In this document: positions 10,301 to 24,229 of the stretch, in pieces
Layout of the letters: the number at the start of each line of letters is the position of its first letter
Numbering within the stretch: position 1 is the stretch's first letter
Made by a program: the position numbers and the translations under genes
NCBI GenBank assembly: GCA_964057225.1
Contig: OZ059896.1
Coordinates: 19,158,001 to 19,222,000 of the forward strand
Source of the DNA: Auanema rhodensis
Lineage: Eukaryota; Animalia; Nematoda
Reading direction: 5' to 3'
Length of the DNA: 64,000 bases
The notes under the pieces: generated by a model
What the model was told of the DNA's origin: nothing
Seen by the model: the letters and a program-made list of their open reading frames with translations, nothing else
Databases searched by the model: none

Positions 10301-13300
10301 CGAAAAAATTAATTCTTCAGGGTGAAAATCGAGGATATAAGTGTGAACTTATATCAGTTGATATCTCGGTGCATTTTTAAGCTAGCGCAAATCTCATAAC
10401 ACAGATCGACGCAGCTTAAAAATCCGCATCGAATGCACTATACTACATTGAGAAACGCTTAATACAAAAATTAGTTATGATCGTTTGAAAAATGATGCAT
10501 TAGTGTATGTTGAGTTTCCATGTACATTCAACATTGCTTCCAAAAACATTTTGACAAAAATTTTTTCGAAAAATTTCAAAATAATTTAGCAAAAAGTAGA
10601 TGTTTTTAGATTCCTTTTTTCAAGGCAAAGACGATGGACATTGTTATTCAACGAAAAAATTAATTCTTCAGGGTGAAAATCGAGGATATAAGTGTGAACT
10701 TATATCAGTTGATATCTCGGTGCATTTTTAAGCTAGCGCAAATCTGATAACACAGATCGACGCAGCTTAAAAATCCGCATCGAATGCACTATACTACATT
10801 GAGAAACGCTTAATACAAAAATTAGTTATGATCGTTTGAAAAATGATGCATTAGTGTATGTTGAGTTTCCATGTACACTCAACATTGCTTCCAAAAACAT
10901 TTTGACAAAACTTTTTTCGAAAAATTTCAAAATAATTTAGCAAAAAGTAGATGTTTTTAGATTCCTTTTTTCAAGGCAAAGACGATGGACATTGTTATTC
11001 AACGAAAAAATTAATTCTTCAGGGTGAAAATCGAGGATATAAGTGTGAACATATATCAGTTGATATCTCGGTGCATTTTTAAGCTAGCGCAAATCTGATA
11101 ACACAGATCGACGCAGCTTAAAAATCCGCATCGAATGCACTATACTACATTGAGAAACGCTTAATAGAAAAATTAGTTATGATCGTTTGAAAAATGATGC
11201 ATTAGTGTATGTTGAGTTTCCATGTACATTCAACATTGCTTCCAAAAACATTTTGACAAAAATTTTTTCGAAAAATTTCAAAATAATTTAGCAAAAAGTA
11301 GATGTTTTTAGATTCCTTTTTTCAAGGCAAAGACGATGGACATTGTTATTCAACGAAAAAATTAATTCTTCAGGGTGAAAATCGAGGATATAAGTGTGAA
11401 CATATATCAGTTGATATCTCGGTGCATTTTTAAGCTAGCGCAAATCTGATAACACAGATCGACGCAGCTTAAAAATCCGCATCGAATGCACTATACTACA
11501 TTGAGAAACGCTTAATACAAAAATTAGTTATGATCGTTTGAAAAATGATGCATTAGTGTATGTTGAGTTTCCATGTACACTCAACATTGCTTCCAAAAAC
11601 ATTTTGACAAAAATTTTTTCGAAAAATTTCAAAATAATTTAGCAAAAAGTAGATGTTTTTAGATTCCTTTTTTCAAGGCAAAGACGATGGACAATGTTAT
11701 TCAACGAAAAAATTAATTCTTCAGGGTGAAAATCGAGGATATAAGTGTGAACTTATATCAGTTGATATCTCGGTGCATTTTTAAGCTAGCGCAAATCTCA
11801 TAACACAGATCGACGCAGCTTAAAAATCCGCATCGAATGCACTATACTACATTGAGAAACGCTTAATACAAAAATTAGTTATGATCGTTTGAAAAATGAT
11901 GCATTAGTGTATGTTGAGTTTCCATGTACATTCAACATTGCTTCCAAAAACATTTTGACAAAAATTTTTTCGAAAAATTTCAAAATAATTTAGCAAAAAG
12001 TAGATGTTTTTAGATTCCTTTTTTCAAGGCAAAGACGATGGACATTGTTATTCAACGAAAAAATTAATTCATCAGGGTGAAAATCGAGGATATAAGTGTG
12101 AACTTATATCAGTTGATATCTCGGTGCATTTTTAAGCTAGCGCAAATCTGATAACACAGATCGACGCAGCTTAAAAATCCGCATCGAATGCACTATACTA
12201 CATTGAGAAACGCTTAATACAAAAATTAGTTATGATCGTTTTAAAAATGATGCATTAGTGTATGTTGAGTTTCCATGTACATTCAACATTGCTTCCAAAA
12301 ACATTTTGACAAAAATTTTTTCGAAAAATTTCAAAATAATTTAGCAAAAAGTGGATGTTTTTAGATTCCTTTTTTCAAGGCAAAGACGATGGACATTGTT
12401 ATTCAACGAAAAAATTAATTCATCAGGGTGAAAATCGAGGATATAAGTGTGAACTTATATCAGTTGATATCTCGGTGCATTTTTAAGCTAGCGCAAATCT
12501 GATAACACAGATCGACGCAGCTTAATAATCCGCATCGAATGCACTATACTACATTGAGAAACGCTTAATACAAAAATTAGTTATGATCGTTTTAAAAATG
12601 ATGCATTAGTGTATGTTGAGTTTCCATGTACATTCAACATTGCTTCCAAAAACATTTTGACAAAAATTTTTTCGAAAAATTTCAAAATAATTTAGCAAAA
12701 AGTAGATGTTTTTAGATTCCTTTTTTCAAGGCAAAGACGATGGACATTGTTATTCAACGAAAAAATTAATTCTTCAGGGTGAAAATCGAGGATATAAGTG
12801 TGAACTTATATCAGTTGATATCTCGGTGCATTTTTAAGCTAGCGCAAATCTCATAACACAGATCGACGCAGCTTAAAAATCCGCATCGAATGCACTATAC
12901 TACATTGAGAAACGCTTAATACAAAAATTAGTTATGATCGTTTGAAAAATGATGCATTAGTGTATGTTGAGTTTCCATGTACATTCAACATTGCTTCCAA
13001 AAACATTTTGACAAAAATTTTTTCGAAAAATTTCAAAATAATTTAGCAAAAAGTAGATGTTTTTAGATTCCTTTTTTCAAGGCAAAGACGATGGACATTG
13101 TTATTCAACGAAAAAATTAATTCATCAGGGTGAAAATCGAGGATATAAGTGTGAACTTATATCAGTTGATATCTCGGTGCATTTTTAAGCTAGCGCAAAT
13201 CTGATAACACAGATCGACGCAGCTTAAAAATCCGCATCGAATGCACTATACTACATTGAGAAACGCTTAATACAAAAATTAGTTATGATCGTTTTAAAAA

Positions 13301-14009
13301 TGATGCATTAGTGTATGTTGAGTTTCCATGTACATTCAACATTGCTTCCAAAAACATTTTGACAAAAATTTTTTCGAAAAATTTCAAAATAATTTAGCAA
13401 AAAGTAGAAGTTTTTAGATTCCTTTTTTCAAGGCAAAGACGATGGACATTGTTATTCAACGAAAAAATTAATTCATCAGGGTGAAAATCGAGGATATAAG
13501 TGTGAACTTATATCAGTTGATATCTCGGTGCATTTTTAAGCTAGCGCAAATCTGATAACACAGATCGACGCAGCTTAAAAATCCGCATCGAATGCACTAT
13601 ACTACATTGAGAAACGCTTAATACAAAAATTAGTTATGATCGTTTTAAAAATGATGCATTAGTGTATGTTGAGTTTCCATGTACATTCAACATTGCTTCC
13701 AAAAACATTTTGACAAAAATTTTTTCGAAAAATTTCAAAATAATTTAGCAAAAAGTAGATGTTTTTAGATTCCTTTTTTCAAGGCAAAGACGATGGACAT
13801 TGTTATTCAACGAAAAAATTAATTCATCAGGGTGAAAATCGAGGATATAAGTGTGAACTTATATCAGTTGATATCTCGGTGCATTTTTAAGCTAGCGCAA
13901 ATCTGATAACACAGATCGACGCAGCTTAAAAATCCGCATCGAATGCACTATACTACATTGAGAAACGCTTAATACAAAAATTAGTTATGATCGTTTGAAA
14001 AATGATGCA

Positions 14010-17000
14010 TTAGTGTATGTTGAGTTTCCATGTACACTCAACATTGCTTCCAAAAACATTTTGACAAAAATTTTTTCGAAAAATTTCAAAATAATTTAGC
14101 AAAAAGTAGATGTTTTTAGATTCCATTTTTCAAGGCAAAGACGATGGACAATGTTATTCAACGAAAAAATTAATTCTTCAGGGTGAAAATCGAGGATATA
14201 AGTGTGAACTTATATCAGTTGATATATCGGTGCATTTTTAAGCTAGCGCAAATCTGATAACACAGATCGATGCAGCTTAAAAATCCGCATCGAATGCACT
14301 ATACTACATTGAGAAACGCTTAATACAAAAATTAGTTATGATCGTTTGAAAAATGATGCATTAGTGTATGTTGAGTTTCCATGTACACTCAACATTGCTT
14401 CCAAAAACATTTTGACAAAAATTTTTTCGAAAAATTTCAAAATAATTTAGCAAAAAGTAGATGTTGTTAGATTCCTTTTTTCAAGGCAAAGACGATGGAC
14501 AATGTTATTCAACGAAAAAATTAATTCTTCAGGGTGAAAATCGAGGATATAAGTGTGAACTTATATCAGTTGATATCTCGGTGCATTTCTAAGCTAGCGC
14601 AAATCTGATAACACAGATCGACGCAGCTTAAAAATCCGCATCGAATGCACTACACTACATTGAGAAACGCTTAATACAAAAATTAGTTATGATCGTTTGA
14701 AAAATGATGCATTAGTGTATGTTGAGTTTCCATGTACACTCAACATTGCTTCCAAAAACATTTTGACAAAAATTTTTTCGAAAAATTTCAAAATAATTTA
14801 GCAAAAAGTAGATGTTGTTAGATTCCTTTTTTCAAGGCAAAGACGATGGACAATGTTATTCAACGAAAAAATTAATTCTTCAGGGTGAAAATCGAGGATA
14901 TAAGTGTGAACTTATATCAGTTGATATATCGGTGCATTTTTAAGCTAGCGCAAATCTGATAACACAGATCGATGCAGCTTAAAAATCCGCATCGAATGCA
15001 CTATACTACATTGAGAAACGCTTAATACAAAAATTAGTTATGATCGTTTGAAAAATGATGCATTAGTGTATGTTGAGTTTCCATGTACACTCAACATTGC
15101 TTCCAAAAACATTTTGACAAAAATTTTTTCGAAAAATTTCAAAATAATTTAGCAAAAAGTAGATGTTGTTAGATTCCTTTTTTCAAGGCAAAGACGATGG
15201 ACAATGTTATTCAACGAAAAAATTAATTCTTCAGGGTGAAAATCGAGGATATAAGTGTGAACTTATATCAGTTGATATATCGGTGCATTTTTAAGCTAGC
15301 GCAAATCTGATAACACAGATCGATGCAGCTTAAAAATCCGCATCGAATGCACTATACTACATTGAGAAACGCTTAATACAAAAATTAGTTATGATCGTTT
15401 GAAAAATGATGCATTAGTGTATGTTGAGTTTCCATGTACACTCAACATTGCTTCCAAAAACATTTTGACAAAAATTTTTTCGAAAAATTTCAAAATAATT
15501 TAGCAAAAAGTAGATGTTGTTAGATTCCTTTTTTCAAGGCAAAGACGATGGACAATGTTATTCAACGAAAAAATTAATTCTTCAGGGTGAAAATCGAGGA
15601 TATAAGTGTGAACTTATATCAGTTGATATCTCGGTGCATTTTTAAGCTAGCGCAAATCTGATAACACAGATCGACGCAGCTTAAAAATCCGCATCGAATG
15701 CACTACACTACATTGAGAAACGCTTAATACAAAAATTAGTTATGATCGTTTGAAAAATGATGCATTAGTGTATGTTGAGTTTCCATGTACACTCAACATT
15801 GCTTCCAAAAACATTTTGACAAAAATTTTTTCGAAAAATTTCAAAATAATTTAGCAAAAAGTAGATGTTTTTAGATTCCTTTTTTCAAGGCAAAGACGAT
15901 GGACAATGTTATTCAACGAAAAAATTAATTCTTCAGGGTGAAAATCGAGGATATAAGTGTGAACTTATATCAGTTGATATATCGGTGCATTTTTAAGCTA
16001 GCGCAAATCTGATAACACAGATCGATGCAGCTTAAAAATCCGCATCGAATGCACTATACTACATTGAGAAACGCTTAATACAAAAATTAGTTATGATCGT
16101 TTGAAAAATGATGCATTAGTGTATGTTGAGTTTCCATGTACACTCAACATTGCTTCCAAAAACATTTTGACAAAAATTTTTTCGAAAAATTTCAAAATAA
16201 TTTAGCAAAAAGTAGATGTTGTTAGATTCCTTTTTTCAAGGCAAAGACGATGGACAATGTTATTCAACGAAAAAATTAATTCTTCAGGGTGAAAATCGAG
16301 GATATAAGTGTGAACTTATATCAGTTGATATCTCGGTGCATTTCTAAGCTAGCGCAAATCTGATAACACAGATCGACGCAGCTTAAAAATCCGCATCGAA
16401 TGCACTACACTACATTGAGAAACGCTTAATACAAAAATTAGTTATGATCGTTTGAAAAATGATGCATTAGTGTATGTTGAGTTTCCATGTACACTCAACA
16501 TTGCTTCCAAAAACATTTTGACAAAAATTTTTTCGAAAAATTTCAAAATAATTTAGCAAAAAGTAGATGTTGTTAGATTCCTTTTTTCAAGGCAAAGACG
16601 ATGGACAATGTTATTCAACGAAAAAATTAATTCTTCAGGGTGAAAATCGAGGATATAAGTGTGAACTTATATCAGTTGATATATCGGTGCATTTTTAAGC
16701 TAGCGCAAATCTGATAACACAGATCGATGCAGCTTAAAAATCCGCATCGAATGCACTATACTACATTGAGAAACGCTTAATACAAAAATTAGTTATGATC
16801 GTTTGAAAAATGATGCATTAGTGTATGTTGAGTTTCCATGTACACTCAACATTGCTTCCAAAAACATTTTGACAAAAATTTTTTCGAAAAATTTCAAAAT
16901 AATTTAGCAAAAAGTAGATGTTGTTAGATTCCTTTTTTCAAGGCAAAGACGATGGACAATGTTATTCAACGAAAAAATTAATTCTTCAGGGTGAAAATCG

Positions 17001-17519
17001 AGGATATAAGTGTGAACTTATATCAGTTGATATATCGGTGCATTTTTAAGCTAGCGCAAATCTGATAACACAGATCGATGCAGCTTAAAAATCCGCATCG
17101 AATGCACTATACTACATTGAGAAACGCTTAATACAAAAATTAGTTATGATCGTTTGAAAAATGATGCATTAGTGTATGTTGAGTTTCCATGTACACTCAA
17201 CATTGCTTCCAAAAACATTTTGACAAAAATTTTTTCGAAAAATTTCAAAATAATTTAGCAAAAAGTAGATGTTGTTAGATTCCTTTTTTCAAGGCAAAGA
17301 CGATGGACAATGTTATTCAACGAAAAAATTAATTCTTCAGGGTGAAAATCGAGGATATAAGTGTGAACTTATATCAGTTGATATCTCGGTGCATTTTTAA
17401 GCTAGCGCAAATCTGATAACACAGATCGACGCAGCTTAAAAATCCGCATCGAATGCACTACACTACATTGAGAAACGCTTAATACAAAAATTAGTTATGA
17501 TCGTTTGAAAAATGATGCA
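14010..17519. repeat. 5-monomer higher-order duplication (2 x 1755 bp)
   Basis: Private GCATTTCTAAG at 14589 and 16344 (lag 1755). The order of the GTTGTTAG, GATATATCGG, CGATGC and CTACAC variants is the same in 14010-15764 and 15765-17519. Confidence 0.9.
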
Positions 17520-19976
17520 TTAGTGTATGTTGAGTTTCCATGTACACTCAACATTGCTTCCAAAAACATTTTGACAAAAATTTTTTCGAAAAATTTCAAA
17601 ATAATTTAGCAAAAAGTAGATGTTTTTAGATTCCTTTTTTCAAGGCAAAGACGATGGACATTGTTATTCAACGAAAAAATTAATTCTTCATTGTGAAAAT
17701 CGAGGATATAAGTGTGAACTTATATCAGTTGATATCTCGGTGCATTTTTAAGCTAGCGCAAATCTCATAACACAGATCGACGCAGCTTAAAAATCCGCAT
17801 CGAATGCACTATACTACATTGAGAAACGCTTAATACAAAAATTAGTTATGATCGTTTGAAAAATGATGCATTAGTGTATGTTGAGTTTCCATGTACATTC
17901 AACATTGCTTCCAAAAACATTTTGACAAAAATTTTTTCGAAAAATTTCAAAATAATTTAGCAAAAAGTAGATGTTTTTAGATTTCTTTTTTCAAGGCAAA
18001 GACGATGGACATTGTTATTCAACGAAAAAATTAATTCATCAGGGTGAAAATCGAGGATATAAGTGTGAACTTATATCAGTTGATATCTCGGTGCATTTTT
18101 AAGCTAGCGCAAATCTGATAACACAGATCGACGCAGCTTAAAAATCCGCATCGAATGCACTATACTACATTGAGAAACGCTTAATACAAAAATTAGTTAT
18201 GATCGTTTTAAAAATGATGCATTAGTGTATGTTGAGTTTCCATGTACACTCAACATTGCTTCCAAAAACATTTTGACAAAAATTTTTTCGAAAAATTTCA
18301 AAATAATTTAGCAAAAAGTAGATGTTTTTAGATTCCTTTTTTCAAGGCAAAGACGATGGACAATGTTATTCAACGAGAAAATTAATTCTTCAGGGTGAAA
18401 ATCGAGGATATAAGTGTGAACTTATATCAGTTGATATCTCGGTGCATTTTTAAGCTAGCGCAAATCTCATAACACAGATCGACGCAGCTTAAAAATCCGC
18501 ATCGAATGCACTATACTACATTGAGAAACGCTTAATACAAAAATTAGTTATGATCGTTTGAAAAATGATGCATTAGTGTATGTTGAGTTTCCATGTACAC
18601 TCAACATTGCTTCCAAAAACATTTTGACAAAAATTTTTTCGAAAAATTTCAAAATAATTTAGCAAAAAGTAGATGTTTTTAGATTCCTTTTTTCAAGGCA
18701 AAGACGATGGACATTGTTATTCAACGAAAAAATTAATTCTTCATTGTGAAAATCGAGGATATAAGTGTGAACTTATATCAGTTGATATCTCGGTGCATTT
18801 TTAAGCTAGCGCAAATCTCATAACACAGATCGACGCAGCTTAAAAATCCGCATCGAATGCACTATACTACATTGAGAAACGCTTAATACAAAAATTAATT
18901 ATGATCGTTTGAAAAATGATGCATTAGTGTATGTTGAGTTTCCATGTACACTCAACATTGCTTCCAAAAACATTTTGACAAAAATTTTTTCGAAAAATTT
19001 CAAAATAATTTAGCAAAAAGTAGATGTTTTTAGATTCCTTTTTTCAAGGCAAAGACGATGGACATTGTTATTCAACGAAAAAATTAATTCTTCATTGTGA
19101 AAATCGAGGATATAAGTGTGAACTTATATCAGTTGATATCTCGGTGCATTTTTAAGCTAGCGCAAATCTCATAACACAGATCGACGCAGCTTAAAAATCC
19201 GCATCGAATGCACTATACTACATTGAGAAACGCTTAATACAAAAATTAGTTATGATCGTTTGAAAAATGATGCATTAGTGTATGTTGAGTTTCCATGTAC
19301 ACTCAACATTGCTTCCAAAAACATTTTGACAAAAAATTTTTCGAAAAATTTCTAAATAATTTAGCAAAAAGTAGATGTTTTTAGATTCCTTTTTTCAAGG
19401 CAAAGACGATGGACAATGTTATTCAACGAAAAAATTAATTCTTCAGGGTGAAAATCGAGGATATAAGTGTGAACTTATATCAGTTGATATCTCGGTGCAT
19501 TTTTAAGCTAGCGCAAATCTCATAACACAGATCGACGCAGCTTAAAAATCCGCATCGAATGCACTATACTACATTGAGAAACGCTTAATACAAAAATTAG
19601 TTATGATCGTTTGAAAAATGATGCATTAGTGTATGTTGAGTTTCCATGTACACTCAACATTGCTTCCAAAAACATTTTGACAAAAATTTTTTCGAAAAAT
19701 TTCAAAATAATTTAGCAAAAAGTAAATGTTTTTAGATTCCTTTTTTCAAGGCAAAGACGATGGACATTGTTATTCAACGAAAAAATTAATTCTTCAGGGT
19801 GAAAATCGAGGATATAAGTGTGAACATATATCAGTTGATATCTCGGTGCATTTTTAAGCTAGCGCAAATCTGATAACACAGATCGACGCAGCTTAAAAAT
19901 CCGCATCGAATGCACTATACTACATTGAGAAACGCTTAATACAAAAATTAGTTATGATCGTTTGAAAAATGATGCA

Positions 19977-22784
19977 TTAGTGTATGTTGAGTTTCCATGT
20001 ACACTCAACATTGCTTCCAAAAACATTTTGACAAAAAATTTTTCGAAAAATTTCTAAATAATTTAGCAAAAAGTAGATGTTTTTAGATTCCTTTTTTCAA
20101 GGCAAAGACGATGGACAATGTTATTCAACGAAAAAATTAATTCTTCAGGGTGAAAATCGAGGATATAAGTGTGAACTTATATCAGTTGATATCTCGGTGC
20201 ATTTTTAAGCTAGCGCAAATCTCATAACACAGATCGACGCAGCTTAAAAATCCGCATCGAATGCACTATACTACATTGAGAAACGCTTAATACAAAAATT
20301 AATTATGATCGTTTGAAAAATGATGCATTAGTGTATGTTGAGTTTCCATGTACACTCAACATTGCTTCCAAAAACATTTTGACAAAAATTTTTTCGAAAA
20401 ATTTCAAAATAATTTAGCAAAAAGTAGATGTTTTTATATTCCTTTTTTCAAGGCAAAGACGATGGACAATGTTATTCAACGAAAAAATTAATTCTTCAGG
20501 GTGAAAATCGAGGATATAAGTGTGAACTTATATCAGTTGATATCTCGGTGCATTTTTAAGCTAGCGCAAATCTCATAACACAGATCGACGCAGCTTAAAA
20601 ATCCGCATCGAATGCACTATACTACATTGAGAAACGCTTAATACAAAAATTAGTTATGATCGTTTGAAAAATGATGCATTAGTGTATGTTGAGTTTCCAT
20701 GTACACTCAACATTGCTTCCAAAAACATTTTGACAAAAATTTTTTCGAAAAATTTCAAAATAATTTAGCAAAAAGTAAATGTTTTTAGATTCCTTTTTTC
20801 AAGGCAAAGACGATGGACATTGTTATTCAACGAAAAAATTAATTCTTCAGGGTGAAAATCGAGGATATAAGTGTGAACATATATCAGTTGATATCTCGGT
20901 GCATTTTTAAGCTAGCGCAAATCTGATAACACAGATCGACGCAGCTTAAAAATCCGCATCGAATGCACTATACTACATTGAGAAACGCTTAATACAAAAA
21001 TTAGTTATGATCGTTTGAAAAATGATGCATTAGTGTATGTTGAGTTTCCATGTACACTCAACATTGCTTCCAAAAACATTTTGACAAAAAATTTTTCGAA
21101 AAATTTCTAAATAATTTAGCAAAAAGTAGATGTTTTTAGATTCCTTTTTTCAAGGCAAAGACGATGGACAATGTTATTCAACGAAAAAATTAATTCTTCA
21201 GGGTGAAAATCGAGGATATAAGTGTGAACTTATATCAGTTGATATCTCGGTGCATTTTTAAGCTAGCGCAAATCTCATAACACAGATCGACGCAGCTTAA
21301 AAATCCGCATCGAATGCACTTTACTACATTGAGAAACGCTTAATACAAAAATTAATTATGATCGTTTGAAAAATGATGCATTAGTGTATGTTGAGTTTCC
21401 ATGTACACTCAACATTGCTTCCAAAAACATTTTGACAAAAAATTTTTCGAAAAATTTCTAAATAATTTAGCAAAAAGTAGATGTTTTTAGATTCCTTTTT
21501 TCAAGGCAAAGACGATGGACAATGTTATTCAACGAAAAAATTAATTCTTCAGGGTGAAAATCGAGGATATAAGTGTGAACTTATATCAGTTGATATCTCG
21601 GTGCATTTTTAAGCTAGCGCAAATCTCATAACACAGATCGACGCAGCTTAAAAATCCGCATCGAATGCACTATACTACATTGAGAAACGCTTAATACAAA
21701 AATTAATTATGATCGTTTGAAAAATGATGCATTAGTGTATGTTGAGTTTCCATGTACACTCAACATTGCTTCCAAAAACATTTTGACAAAAATTTTTTCG
21801 AAAAATTTCAAAATAATTTAGCAAAAAGTAGATGTTTTTAGATTCCTTTTTTCAAGGCAAAGACGATGGACAATGTTATTCAACGAAAAAATTAATTCTT
21901 CAGGGTGAAAATCGAGGATATAAGTGTGAACTTATATCAGTTGATATCTCGGTGCATTTTTAAGCTAGCGCAAATCTCATAACACAGATCGACGCAGCTT
22001 AAAAATCCGCATCGAATGCACTATACTACATTGAGAAACGCTTAATACAAAAATTAGTTATGATCGTTTGAAAAATGATGCATTAGTGTATGTTGAGTTT
22101 CCATGTACACTCAACATTGCTTCCAAAAACATTTTGACAAAAATTTTTTCGAAAAATTTCAAAATAATTTAGCAAAAAGTAAATGTTTTTAGATTCCTTT
22201 TTTCAAGGCAAAGACGATGGACATTGTTATTCAACGAAAAAATTAATTCTTCAGGGTGAAAATCGAGGATATAAGTGTGAACATATATCAGTTGATATCT
22301 CGGTGCATTTTTAAGCTAGCGCAAATCTGATAACACAGATCGACGCAGCTTAAAAATCCGCATCGAATGCACTATACTACATTGAGAAACGCTTAATACA
22401 AAAATTAGTTATGATCGTTTGAAAAATGATGCATTAGTGTATGTTGAGTTTCCATGTACACTCAACATTGCTTCCAAAAACATTTTGACAAAAAATTTTT
22501 CGAAAAATTTCTAAATAATTTAGCAAAAAGTAGATGTTTTTAGATTCCTTTTTTCAAGGCAAAGACGATGGACAATGTTATTCAACGAAAAAATTAATTC
22601 TTCAGGGTGAAAATCGAGGATATAAGTGTGAACTTATATCAGTTGATATCTCGGTGCATTTTTAAGCTAGCGCAAATCTCATAACACAGATCGACGCAGC
22701 TTAAAAATCCGCATCGAATGCACTTTACTACATTGAGAAACGCTTAATACAAAAATTAATTATGATCGTTTGAAAAATGATGCA
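19977..22784. repeat. 4-monomer higher-order duplication (2 x 1404 bp)
   Basis: Private CACTTTAC at 21321 and 22725 (lag 1404). The order of TTCTAA/ATTAATT and GTAAAT/GAACAT monomers matches between the copies. Confidence 0.8.
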
Positions 22785-24229
22785 TTAGTGTATGTTGAGT
22801 TTCCATGTACACTCAACATTGCTTCCAAAAACATTTTGACAAAAATTTTTTCGAAAAATTTCAAAATAATTTAGCAAAAAGTAAATGTTTTTAGATTCCT
22901 TTTTTCAAGGCAAAGACGATGGACATTGTTATTCAACGAAAAAATTAATTCTTCAGGGTGAAAATCGAGGATATAAGTGTGAACATATATCAGTTGATAT
23001 CTCGGTGCATTTTTAAGCTAGCGCAAATCTGATAACACAGATCGACGCAGCTTAAAAATCCGCATCGAATGCACTATACTACATTGAGAAACGCTTAATA
23101 CAAAAATTAGTTATGATCGTTTGAAAAATGATGCATTAGTGTATGTTGAGTTTCCATGTACACTCAACATTGCTTCCAAAAACATTTTGACAAAAAATTT
23201 TTCGAAAAATTTCTAAATAATTTAGCAAAAAGTAGATGTTTTTAGATTCCTTTTTTCAAGGCAAAGACGATGGACAATGTTATTCAACGAAAAAATTAAT
23301 TCTTCAGGGTGAAAATCGAGGATATAAGTGTGAACTTATATCAGTTGATATCTCGGTGCATTTTTAAGCTAGCGCAAATCTCATAACACAGATCGACGCA
23401 GCTTAAAAATCCGCATCGAATGCACTATACTACATTGAGAAACGCTTAATACAAAAATTAATTATGATCGTTTGAAAAATGATGCATTAGTGTATGTTGA
23501 GTTTCCATGTACACTCAACATTGCTTCCAAAAACATTTTGACAAAAATTTTTTCGAAAAATTTCAAAATAATTTAGCAAAAAGTAGATGTTTTTAGATTC
23601 CTTTTTTCAAGGCAAAGACGATGGACATTGTTATTCAACGAAAAAATTAATTCTTCATTGTGAAAATCGAGGATATAAGTGTGAACTTATATCAGTTGAT
23701 ATCTCGGTGCATTTTTAAGCTAGCGCAAATCTCATAACACAGATCGACGCAGCTTAAAAATCCGCATCGAATGCACTATACTACATTGAGAAACGCTTAA
23801 TACAAAAATTAGTTATGATCGTTTGAAAAATGATGCATTAGTGTATGTTGAGTTTCCATGTACACTCAACATTGCTTCCAAAAACATTTTGACAAAAAAT
23901 TTTTCGAAAAATTTCTAAATAATTTAGCAAAAAGTAGATGTTTTTAGATTCCTTTTTTCAAGGCAAAGACGATGGACAATGTTATTCAACGAAAAAATTA
24001 ATTCTTCAGGGTGAAAATCGAGGATATAAGTGTGAACTTATATCAGTTGATATCTCGGTGCATTTTTAAGCTAGCGCAAATCTCATAACACAGATCGACG
24101 CAGCTTAAAAATCCGCATCGAATGCACTATACTACATTGAGAAACGCTTAATACAAAAATTAGTTATGATCGTTTGAAAAATGATGCATTAGTGTATGTT
24201 GAGTTTCCATGTACATTCAACATTGCTTC

